This document shows, piece by piece, positions 11,545-22,999 of a stretch of 38,818 nucleotides of DNA. Position 1 is the stretch's first letter; each line of letters opens with the position of its first letter. The notes beneath the pieces were generated by a model that saw nothing but the letters and a program-made list of their open reading frames with translations, searched no databases and was not told where the DNA came from. The stretch is from Nemertoderma westbladi. Taxonomy: Eukaryota; Animalia; Xenacoelomorpha. Both the position numbers and the translations under genes were made by a program. The stretch is from the NCBI GenBank assembly GCA_032718475.1, contig JAUCBJ010001518.1:1-38818 (forward strand), in the 5' to 3' direction.

Positions 11545-12056
11545 CTTTGCAAAGTCGCAATAGGGCCAGTGTTTGAAAGACTCGCATAAGTTTGTGCTAG
11601 AATGTGCAAACTTATTTTTCAAAGCAAATTCAATTAAAGCAACTCATACTTAATGAGTAAAACAAAAACCAGGTCCATCCCATCAAAAATTAAAGAATTA
11701 TTAATGTTTTGTTAATATCATAAAATGATTTGCAATGCCATTTAATAGCATTACCAAAATGCCCTATGGTTACGAGTTAAAAGGCACAAAAATGTCAAAT
11801 TTTCAAAATTTTCACTTTTTTTAGGTTTTTTTGGATTTTTGAACAAGATCCTAAATTGATATACGAAATATACCATCAAATAATTACAATTCTAACATTT
11901 TGTATTCTAAATCGGTCACTCGCACGGCTTTTTCAAAAAAATGAGTTGATGTATTACATTATGTCAAAGAAGTTGCGTCTTAGAAAGATTACTTGGTTTG
12001 AACGAAATTTTGCAAAAACTATTTTTCGATCAGTGACTTAGCAATCATGAATTTTT

Positions 12057-12356
12057 GTGGTGATGATTTATTTTATGTTAAAATAAGAGATCTGGAAATT
12101 TTTGTTTACTAATATTTGTAATTTTTTTTTAATTTTTGCTTTTTTAATTTTGAAAAACTAGCCCTATTGTTACTTGTAACATATATTTATTAATTAGTAA
12201 ATTATATTACTATTTAAACTTCATAAGTAATGGTGATGTTTTATTTTATGTTAAAATAAGAGATCTGGAATTTTTTGTTCACTAATATTGGCTATTTTGT
12301 TTTTAATTTTGCTTTTTTAATTCCGAACAACTAGCCCTATTGTTACTTGTAACATA
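12057..12356. repeat. ~125-bp direct duplication
   Basis: TGGTGATG..AAATAAGAGATCTGG..CTAGCCCTATTGTTACTTGTAACATA occurs at ~12058-12183 and ~12231-12356. The second copy abuts the satellite. Confidence 0.9.
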
Positions 12357-12360
12357 CTAA

Positions 12361-15300
12361 CACATATACATTACGTTGTTAAGGAGACATATATACATAA
12401 CGTTGTTTAGGAGACACATATACATAACATTGTTAAGGAGACATATATACATAACGTTGTTTAGGAGACACATATACATAACGTTGTTTAGGAGACACAT
12501 ATACATAACATTGTTTAGGAGACACATATACATAACATTGTTAAGGAGACATATATACATAACGTTGTTTAGGAGACACATATACATAACGTTGTTTAGG
12601 AGACACATATACATAACGTTGTTTAGGAGACACATATACATAACGTTGTTTAGTAGACACAAATACATAACGTTGTTTAGGAGACATATATACATAACGT
12701 TGTTTAGGAGAGACATATACATAACGTTGTTTAGGAGACACATATACATAACATTGTTTAGGAGACACATATACATAACGTTGTTTAGGAGACACATATA
12801 CATAACATTGTTAAGGAGACATATATACATAACGTTGTTTAGGAGACACATATACATAACGTTGTTTAGGAGACACATATACATAACATTGTTTAGGAGA
12901 CACATATACATAACGTTGTTTAGGAGACACATATACATAACATTGTTTAGGAGACACATATACATAACATTGTTAAGGAGACATATATACATAACGTTGT
13001 TTAGGAGACACATATACATAACGTTGTTTAGGAGACACATATACATAACGTTGTTTAGGAGACACATATACATAACGTTGTTTAGGAGACACATATACAT
13101 AACGTTGTTTAGTAGACACAAATACATAACGTTGTTTAGGAGACATATATACATAACGTTGTTTAGGAGACACATATACATAACGTTGTTTGGGGGACAT
13201 ATATACATAACGTTGTTTAGGAGACACATATACATAACATTGTTTAGGAGACACATATACATAACATTGTTAAGGAGACATATATACATAACGTTGTTTA
13301 GGAGACACATATACATAACATTGTTTAGGAGACACATATACATAACGTTGTTTAGGAGACACATATACATAACGTTGTTTAGGAGACACATATACATAAC
13401 GTTGTTTAGGAGACACATATACATAACGTTGTTTAGGAGACATAGATACATAACGTTGTTTAGGAGACACATATACATAACATTGTTTAGGAGACACATA
13501 TACATAACATTGTTAAGGAGACATATATACATAACGTTGTTTAGGAGACACATATACATAACGTTGTTTAGGAGACACATATACATAACGTTGTTTAGGA
13601 GACACATATACATAACGTTGTTTAGTAGACACAAATACATAACGTTGTTTAGGAGACATATATACATAACGTTGTTTAGGAGAGACATATACATAACGTT
13701 GTTTAGGAGACACATATACATAACATTGTTTAGGAGACACATATACATAACGTTGTTTAGGAGACACATATACATAACATTGTTAAGGAGACATATATAC
13801 ATAACGTTGTTTAGGAGACACATATACATAACGTTGTTTAGGAGACACATATACATAACATTGTTTAGGAGACACATATACATAACGTTGTTTAGGAGAC
13901 ACATATACATAACATTGTTTAGGAGACACATATACATAACATTGTTAAGGAGACATATATACATAACGTTGTTTAGGAGACACATATACATAACGTTGTT
14001 TAGGAGACACATATACATAACGTTGTTTAGGAGACACATATACATAACGTTGTTTAGGAGACACATATACATAACGTTGTTTAGTAGACACAAATACATA
14101 ACGTTGTTTAGGAGACATATATACATAACGTTGTTAAGAAGATACATATACATAACGTTGTTTAGGAGACACATATACATAACGTTGTTTAGGAGACATA
14201 GATACATAACGTTGTTTAGGAGACACATATACATAACATTGTTTAGGAGACACATATACATAACATTGTTAAGGAGACATATATACATAACGTTGTTTAG
14301 GAGACACATATACATAACGTTGTTTAGGAGACACATATACATAACGTTGTTTAGGAGACACATATACATAACGTTGTTTAGTAGACACAAATACATAACG
14401 TTGTTTAGGAGACATATATACATAACGTTGTTTAGGAGAGACATATACATAACGTTGTTTAGGAGACACATATACATAACATTGTTTAGGAGACACATAT
14501 ACATAACGTTGTTTAGGAGACACATATACATAACATTGTTAAGGAGACATATATACATAACGTTGTTTAGGAGACACATATACATAACGTTGTTTAGGAG
14601 ACACATATACATAACATTGTTTAGGAGACACATATACATAACATTGTTAAGGAGACATATATACATAACGTTGTTTAGGAGACACATATACATAACGTTG
14701 TTTAGGAGACACATATACATAACGTTGTTTAGGAGACACATATACATAACGTTGTTTAGGAGACACATATACATAACGTTGTTTAGTAGACACAAATACA
14801 TAACGTTGTTTAGGAGACATATATACATAACGTTGTTTAGGAGACACATATACATAACGTTGTTTGGGGGACATATATACATAACGTTGTTTAGGAGACA
14901 CATATACATAACATTGTTTAGGAGACACATATACATAACATTGTTAAGGAGACATATATACATAACGTTGTTTAGGAGACACATATACATAACATTGTTT
15001 AGGAGACACATATACATAACGTTGTTTAGGAGACACATATACATAACGTTGTTTAGGAGACACATATACATAACGTTGTTTAGGAGACACATATACATAA
15101 CGTTGTTTAGGAGACATAGATACATAACGTTGTTTAGGAGACACATATACATAACATTGTTTAGGAGACACATATACATAACATTGTTAAGGAGACATAT
15201 ATACATAACGTTGTTTAGGAGACACATATACATAACGTTGTTTAGGAGACACATATACATAACGTTGTTTAGGAGACACATATACATAACGTTGTTTAGT

Positions 15301-17012
15301 AGACACAAATACATAACGTTGTTTAGGAGACATATATACATAACGTTGTTTAGGAGAGACATATACATAACGTTGTTTAGGAGACACATATACATAACAT
15401 TGTTTAGGAGACACATATACATAACGTTGTTTAGGAGACACATATACATAACATTGTTAAGGAGACATATATACATAACGTTGTTTAGGAGACACATATA
15501 CATAACGTTGTTTAGGAGACACATATACATAACATTGTTTAGGAGACACATATACATAACGTTGTTTAGGAGACACATATACATAACATTGTTTAGGAGA
15601 CACATATACATAACATTGTTAAGGAGACATATATACATAACGTTGTTTAGGAGACACATATACATAACGTTGTTTAGGAGACACATATACATAACGTTGT
15701 TTAGGAGACACATATACATAACGTTGTTTAAGAGACACATATACATAACGTTGTTTAGTAGACACAAATACATAACGTTGTTTAGGAGACATATATACAT
15801 AACGTTGTTAAGAAGATACATATACATAACGTTGTTTAGGAGACACATATACATAACGTTGTTTAGGAGACATAGATACATAACGTTGTTTAGGAGACAC
15901 ATATACATAACATTGTTTAGGAGACACATATACATAACATTGTTAAGGAGACATATATACATAACGTTGTTTAGGAGACACATATACATAACGTTGTTTA
16001 GGAGACACATATACATAACGTTGTTTAGGAGACACATATACATAACGTTGTTTAGGAGACACATATACATAACGTTGTTTAGTAGACACAAATACATAAC
16101 GTTGTTTAGGAGACATATATACATAACGTTGTTTAGGAGAGACATATACATAACGTTGTTTAGGAGACACATATACATAACATTGTTTAGGAGACACATA
16201 TACATAACGTTGTTTAGGAGACACATATACATAACATTGTTAAGGAGACATATATACATAACGTTGTTTAGGAGACACATATACATAACGTTGTTTAGGA
16301 GACACATATACATAACATTGTTTAGGAGACACATATACATAACGTTGTTTAGGAGACACATATACATAACATTGTTTAGGAGACACATATACATAACATT
16401 GTTAAGGAGACATATATACATAACGTTGTTTAGGAGACACATATACATAACGTTGTTTAGGAGACACATATACATAACGTTGTTTAGGAGACACATATAC
16501 ATAACGTTGTTTAGGAGACACATATACATAACGTTGTTTAGTAGACACAAATACATAACGTTGTTTAGGAGACATATATACATAACGTTGTTAAGAAGAT
16601 ACATATACATAACGTTGTTTAGGAGACATATATACATAACGTTGTTTAGGAGACACATATACATAACGTTGTTTAGGAGACACATATACATAACATTGTT
16701 TAGGAGACACATATACATAACGTTGTTTAGGAGACACATATACATAACATTGTTTAGGAGACACATATACATAACATTGTTAAGGAGACATATATACATA
16801 ACGTTGTTTAGGAGACACATATACATAACGTTGTTTAGGAGACACATATACATAACGTTGTTTAGGAGACATAGATACATAACGTTGTTTAGGAGACACA
16901 TATACATAACATTGTTAAGGAGATATATATACATTACGCTGTTTAGGAGACACATATACATAACGTTGTTTAGGAGACACATATACGTAACGTTATTTAG
17001 GAGACAGACATA
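12361..17012. repeat. 27-bp satellite (CACATATACATAACGTTGTTTAGGAGA), ~172 copies, with higher-order structure
   Basis: Directly visible. Rare variants recur at 1674-bp spacing. Confidence 0.99.
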
Positions 17013-18099
17013 TGCGTCAGATTATCTTCTCGTTTTGTATATGGCCTACTGGTAATTTATGTGCTCTGCACTAATTATATAATTGTATATGAAGGGAGGG
17101 CTTGGTTTTACCAGCGGCTTTCAATGTCCTAATATTTATTTGTCCAATAATGTGTGTTATAGACAGTAACAAGTGCCCAGCATTTGGGAGTATATGCCAT
17201 CCAAGGTTTTGTGGACTCTGCAGGAACGCGATCTAAAGGAGGAGGACCCCTCAGCTTCCATGCAATATAATGAAATCACTGTGTATTACGGGGTTTTTAA
17301 ATCGGATAATCGGAATTGTGACTGGACAACGACAGGATTTTCCATAAATGACGTCACTTAACGTCACGTCATTACGTCAATACTTACAATTTGTCAAATA
17401 ATATTTCGAAACTCACTATAAAACAGTTATAATAAAGCGTACCCGATCGATCCCCTTGCCAGCATGACGTCATGTATGGATTCTTTTGAAACGATGATAT
17501 TCTTCACATAGGATTAGGATCATATTTCTTACACCCACCCCACATGCATTCTTAGATAAGTTATATTCCGTTGGCAGAGTTTGAAAACGAATCAGTTGTG
17601 GTGAATTATGACAGCAATCATTATTATGACATTATAATCACTATTAATAGTATTATGCAAACAAATCATTCTGATTGATTAACAATTATTAAATTGCATT
17701 TAATTAAAAATATATTCGAAAAAATGACGACCGAACGACGATGAGCGATATTCATTATTCTGCCCTCATTGAGTTGGTAGGTTTATAGACAACAGTAGCG
17801 AGTGTTTAAATTCCAACGAGTACAAAACACAATACACCAAGGCAGAATATCTGAATTTCGCTCTTTCTGAATTGCCAATTGGAAATGTATGATAGAAAGA
17901 AAGTACAGTTATAGTTATCCGTTGACTTCCTTTTTTCGAATAACTATTCCATTGTAACGTTACAGGAAAATGAATGGCAATAATTATTAGCATTCAAGGC
18001 AATAAGTACCAGTATGAAAAAGTAGCACAATAATGAACTATTTGCAAGTAGGACTACTAATTATAAAAGAAGATATCTACCTAATAATATATTGTGTAA

Positions 18100-18490
18100 A
18101 AATGTGAACAATAAACAAAACACTGTATGTAAAACAATGTAAATAACTAATAAAACAAAACGACCAAGGAATATAAAACAAAACGACCAAGGAATATAAA
18201 ACAAAACGACCAAGGACTCACCAAATGTAAATAAGTAATCCAAAATCCAAAATAATTTCATGCATATAAATGCCCCCCTCCCCCCCCCCCCCCCAGGCCA
18301 ATTGCCGTTAACGAATGGCCGAAATTCATAAATTAGTATATCAAGCACTTTTTTCGACGATAATACACGTTTCTTATTGGAAACAGCTTGTCTGACATCT
18401 TGTTCTAAATATCTCCTAAATTTTTATTTTTTTTGTAGCTTTATTAAAGTCAATAATCTCTTTAAGAGGAGATGGAATGGTTAATGACTA
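18100..18490 (-). pseudogene. Degenerate duplicate of the 3' part (Myb region and downstream flank) of the recombinase-like ORF
   Basis: 18305-18487 aligns by eye with ~18846-19048 (TAGTATATCAA..TTATTGGAAACAGCTT..GTAGCTTTATTAAAGTC..TCTTTAAGAGGAGATGGAA). 18108-18172 matches ~18531-18585. Confidence 0.8.
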
Positions 18491-18706
18491 ATATTTCTTA
18501 TTGTAAATAAATCACTCCTAAATAATTGTAAACAATAAAAAAACACTTTAATGTAAATAACTAATAAAACAAAACGACCAAGGAAACAACAAACAACACA
18601 ACTTTTAAACCTGAAAATTCTGCTTCAAAAAATATTAAGTAAATTAGAGGACAGTTTAAGATCAAAAATAATTGCAAATATAAATTCCCGTTTAATTAAT
18701 AATTAA

Positions 18707-20365
18707 TTACCAATCACGGTTTTTCTGAGTTTTTTTCATGTCTCTAAATTTATCATATATCTGAAGAGGGGTTCTGCCTGGAAGACGCTGGGCCGCTTTA
18801 CTTAAGTAGATTTCCTTCGTTTTTCCACCACGGAAAAACAGAACTCCATTAAGGAACGGACGTAATTCATCGATTAGTATATCAACTTCTTCTTTTGACC
18901 ATAAGATACGTTTGTTATTGGAAACAGCTTTTCTCACACCTTCGTCTAAATTTCTTCTAATTTTCGGTTTCTTTTTCGTAGCTTTATTAAAGTCCATTTC
19001 TTTAAGAGGAGATGGAAGTATCGAATAATCATTAGATGAGGTTAATGCCAACAGCTGCGATTGAAAACCGGTATCCATGGGAACGTTAACCAGCGGCTGG
19101 GATTGAGAAGTGGTAACCATGGGGACGTTAACCAGCGGCTGGGATTGAGAAGTGGTAACCATGGGGACGTTAACCAGCGGCTGGGATTGAGAAGTGGTAA
19201 CCATGGGGACGTTAACCAGCGGCTGGGATTGAGAAGCGGTAACCATGGGGACGTTAACCAGCGGCTGGGATTGAGAAGTGGTAACCATGGGGACGTTAAC
19301 CAGCGGCTGGGATTGAGAAGTGGTAACCATGGGAACGTTAACCAGCGGCTGGGATTGAGAAGCGGTAACCATGGGGACGTTAACCAGCGGCTGGGATTGA
19401 GAAGCGGTAACCATGGGGACGTTAACCAGCGGCTGGGATTGAGAAGTGGTAACCATGGGGACGTTAACCAGCGGCTGGGATTGAGAAGCTGTGACGCGAA
19501 TTACACTCTCGCAAGTATCCAGAATCTTCTCAAAGTCCATCAAGTCACATTCTATATACGTTTGACCATCCACGTCTACTTGTGTATCACACTGAGGAAT
19601 CTCAGAAACTATTTCTTTAAGCAAATTGTCTTCAGTCGAATCTACAGAGGCTTGAGATAACAGTACATCATTTTCCTTTGGAATGAGGTGTTCATCACTA
19701 TTTGAAGTAGTTGATGTAATATCACAAAAGTTCTCGATGATTTTGTATGCCTCCACAGCCTCAACCTCAGTATTAGCAGCAGCATAAACGCGGCGTTGTG
19801 TATTCATTGAATGCTTCATGTGATTTGAAATGCGTTGCTGCAAATTATGATCAGTAACGCTACTTGTATGTTGATTGCAGGTAGAAATACAGTGTCTATT
19901 AGCAGTGGCAGTCATCGTGGATGATGAATTGGGACAGAGGATGTGCCATAACCGTTGGACTTGACGTGAAACATTATCCATTTCTTTTCCGAGAGTTGTC
20001 GTGAACACATTGTCGATAATTATTTTCTCTTTCGAGTATAAACCACGCCCATAGTAGCACCACTTCTTCAGGGCATAATATATCGCCCGACTCATAACCA
20101 AATCCTGGCCTCCGAAAGTAGCAGAAGTCTTATGATGTGGAATTCTAATAATTGTCTTGTCAAACTCAATGTGCTTCCTCTTTTCAACATGTTGTACTGT
20201 CATATCAGTAATATTGCAAGGTCTAACACCGTTTGGGAGCATTATCGCCGCCATTAGATACGCTTGCATTTGCCATAGGGCCCAACAAAACATATGATGG
20301 CGATGGGTGACGAAATATTGGAAAATATGAAACGCGATGATTGTAGGCCTACGTTTAACATACAA
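18707..20365 (-). CDS. Tyrosine-recombinase-like protein with 14-aa repeat linker and C-terminal Myb/SANT-like domain (Crypton-like); true start uncertain
   Basis: Correctly ordered catalytic-type motifs NGVRP (R at 20222-20224), HHKT, TATANRH, MKHS and RRVY (Y at 19784-19786). C-terminal RILWSKEEVDIL...LPGRTPLQIYDKFRDM. Confidence 0.75.
   Translation of the reverse strand: MYVKRRPTIIAFHIFQYFVTHRHHMFCWALWQMQAYLMAAIMLPNGVRPCNITDMTVQHVEKRKHIEFDKTIIRIPHHKTSATFGGQDLVMSRAIYYALKKWCYYGRGLYSKEKIIIDNVFTTTLGKEMDNVSRQVQRLWHILCPNSSSTMTATANRHCISTCNQHTSSVTDHNLQQRISNHMKHSMNTQRRVYAAANTEVEAVEAYKIIENFCDITSTTSNSDEHLIPKENDVLLSQASVDSTEDNLLKEIVSEIPQCDTQVDVDGQTYIECDLMDFEKILDTCESVIRVTASQSQPLVNVPMVTTSQSQPLVNVPMVTASQSQPLVNVPMVTASQSQPLVNVPMVTTSQSQPLVNVPMVTTSQSQPLVNVPMVTASQSQPLVNVPMVTTSQSQPLVNVPMVTTSQSQPLVNVPMVTTSQSQPLVNVPMDTGFQSQLLALTSSNDYSILPSPLKEMDFNKATKKKPKIRRNLDEGVRKAVSNNKRILWSKEEVDILIDELRPFLNGVLFFRGGKTKEIYLSKAAQRLPGRTPLQIYDKFRDMKKTQKNRDW
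19075..19495. repeat. 42-bp coding tandem repeat, ~10 copies (SQSQPLVNVPMVT[T/A])
   Basis: Unit CCATGGGGACGTTAACCAGCGGCTGGGATTGAGAAGTGGTAA, in frame within the ORF. Confidence 0.97.
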
Positions 20366-20785
20366 TAATTAGCCTAGTGGTTAGCAAGCTAGGGAGATAA
20401 GTACAGGTGCAGTAATAGAACATTGTAACTTGTACCGGTATTGTATTGTAATTGGATAAATGTCTAAATACAAAACATAATTAATACTCGATTAAGTACA
20501 AAAATGCAAAAACATTACAAATACTTTAACAAATACATAACTACAATGAGCAGCAGCATGGTCTGAATATATAGTATAAGTACACCAATAATAGAACTAA
20601 CAGCCAATGAAAAGCTATAAATATCACAAGTAGCTATAGGGCCATAATAGGTACCATAGGGCTTGCGCCCTATCATTACCTGTAACCGTAGGGCCTAATG
20701 TCACTGGAGGGCTTGTTGTGAATCCGAATGGGTAGCCAGAGGGCTAGTCTGGCACTGGGAGGTAACAGTAGGGCTCCATGCAAAT

Positions 20786-20787
<2 letters not shown>

Positions 20788-20872
<85 letters not shown>
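20788..20872. repeat. (CT)n microsatellite
   Basis: ~42 perfect CT units. Confidence 0.99.
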
Positions 20873-20875
<3 letters not shown>

Positions 20876-21606
20876 ACTCTGTATGTCAAACGTTACCCCG
20901 TAAATCTAATCTTAGCCTCATTCTGTGTCAGACCGGACTTTCGTCCTGGTGTTTTGATTTTTCGGAACTTCGTCCTGTTCGGATCTTTATCCCAGTCTGA
21001 CCTTCGCCCTGGAACTAGTTTTATCACAGTTACTCGTTATGATCGACCCTCATTGGTCGATTAGTACCTGTATTTGTGGAAGGCTTCCTTGAGCAGTACT
21101 GAACCCTTATTGGAGATCTATAGAGGTTTACATCTATTTTGAGTTAACCAACCACCGATCTCTTTCGAGAGACTGATCGATCAGGTTGTCCTACAAGTGA
21201 AATATAGTTCATAATTCCCGTTGCTTGACGCATATCAGCACACTCAAGTTGTACAATCTTATGCAGTTTATCAATCAGACTCGGGGTTGATTGCGGTTTC
21301 CAGTTAGCTACCCGAACATCACCATATTATGCTTTTTCAAATGAATAACAGCCTGAATAATTTCATGTATGTATAATTTCAACTATTTGGGTCGTTTAAT
21401 AGACAATAATTTAAGCAATAACGCAATTATAAATGTGAATTATTTAAGGCACAACTGGAACTGACTATTTCAAATGTTCTTGTAAGTATTCATAATAATA
21501 GTGTACTTATATAATAAATCCATATATATAATATTATTATCAAATATAATTAATTAATAGATCCGCATATTAAGAATAATTTTTTATTTATTTTCAACTA
21601 AAAACA

Positions 21607-22425
21607 TCAGCGCGACTGATTAACAGAATAATTTAGAGCGAAGTTAATGTTGGTGGGCGGTTCGGGCACATTGGGTGGTACCGGCGGTATCTCAACATTC
21701 TCCATATCAAGCAGACGGAGTTTCATCTCCATGTTTAGTAGCATATCGAGATCGGTGATCATCTGGGGACTTTCCATTTCGCGACCCAATAGAACGTTAA
21801 TCCCATCGGTCCAGACATTGAAACTCTCGGAGTTTGGGGCGACGAAGTTGAGCTCTGCCTTGTCCGAGTTGCAACGGATGGTAAACGGATGAGGGGTGGA
21901 GCGCCTCGCGTGACTGCAATCCTTACCGGTGATCAACTCACTGATATCGACCACCGCTAGTTTATTTGGAAGTTCATCGATGTTCGGTTTGGCATTCTCT
22001 TCGCAATCTCCCCAATGGAACTCCTTTAGATTCGGAGCTAATCTGCAAAACCAAAACTTATCCTTAACGCGGCCTTTATTCTGGAACTTATGGAATCTTA
22101 ACCCTTCTATCAGGCAGTTTATTCGTTGTTTCTTTATTAGTTCCGTTATCTCCGGGGTTATCTTCTCACGTAATTCCACCACCGGTTGCGCCTTGGAATC
22201 AAACACCTCCTGTCTTTGCCTCTCCTCCAGTCTTAGTTTCAAGATTTTAGAGTAGTTCTGCTCAATCAACTGCCGTCTGAAGATCTCTAAGGTTGGAGGT
22301 TTCTCTTTCAAGGTTCGGTTGATTTGTTCTTTGACGACGTCTATCACTTTCGCGAAGTCGGCCAACGTGGCTCGCATTTCCTTCCAGGTTTTACAGAGAA
22401 GGACGATACAATGGGAGAAGATCTC
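21607..22425 (-). CDS. ELMO: Terminal coding exon of engulfment and cell motility protein (ELMO/CED-12): end of ELMO domain, PH domain, proline-rich tail
   Basis: KTWKEMRAT..DF.KV..VVKEQI, KDKFWFCRLAPN, LNFVAP..WTDGINVLLG, LLNMEMKLRLLD and PPVPP..PEPP.N match ELMO as I recall it. Phase-0 acceptor TCTTTTCCATTACAG|GAG at 22426/22425 lies exactly where similarity starts. Confidence 0.95.
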   Translation of the reverse strand, partial: EIFSHCIVLLCKTWKEMRATLADFAKVIDVVKEQINRTLKEKPPTLEIFRRQLIEQNYSKILKLRLEERQRQEVFDSKAQPVVELREKITPEITELIKKQRINCLIEGLRFHKFQNKGRVKDKFWFCRLAPNLKEFHWGDCEENAKPNIDELPNKLAVVDISELITGKDCSHARRSTPHPFTIRCNSDKAELNFVAPNSESFNVWTDGINVLLGREMESPQMITDLDMLLNMEMKLRLLDMENVEIPPVPPNVPEPPTNINFALNYSVNQSR

Positions 22426-22999
22426 CTGTAATGGAAAAGATTTGACAACAATTAATTTATAAACAATAAATATTAGATAAAGTTTACATCTAGAGAGCAA
22501 GAAACTAATTGAGCTTTATAGAATATAATAACTCAACCTTTACCCGATAATATAATATTGCCCGGTGAGCCATGCAAATAATATTTATGATACTCTAACG
22601 CAATGACCTTATGTGGAGAGGAATTACACAGAACACACATTATATTATATACTTTAAACAACAACTCAGTAAACTGTAGTAGAATTCCAATCCACTCCTA
22701 TATCTCAACTTGTTGAAGCTGCATCATCAGCCGCGAATGCGGACATAAATTATAATTGCTAAAGAATAGGTGTTTCAAATTTAATATTATGAGAATGCGT
22801 TTTTAAAAAGTTTAGAATCTTTAATTATTTACTAATTCTATTAGTTAAATAATTTAGCTGAATAATTTCGCATTGTAAAACTCAAGCGAAACGAGCGAAT
22901 TTTTTTTTTACGTTGTTCGGTATTGCAAATATAAAATGACATGGGCCGTCTATGTTGAGGGGCTTTTGGGGCCCCTCTGGCCCTGAGGCCCTTAAACTC

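Noticed and set aside
12357-17055. 1541-aa and 1559-aa ORFs on opposite strands, plus nested small ORFs
   Set aside because: Translations of a 27-bp satellite whose length is a multiple of 3.
19061-19660. Plus-strand 199-aa repeat ORF
   Set aside because: Antisense shadow of the 42-bp coding repeat.
22426-22500. N-terminal 25 aa of the 297-aa ELMO ORF
   Set aside because: Intronic sequence upstream of the splice acceptor, with a non-ATG start.
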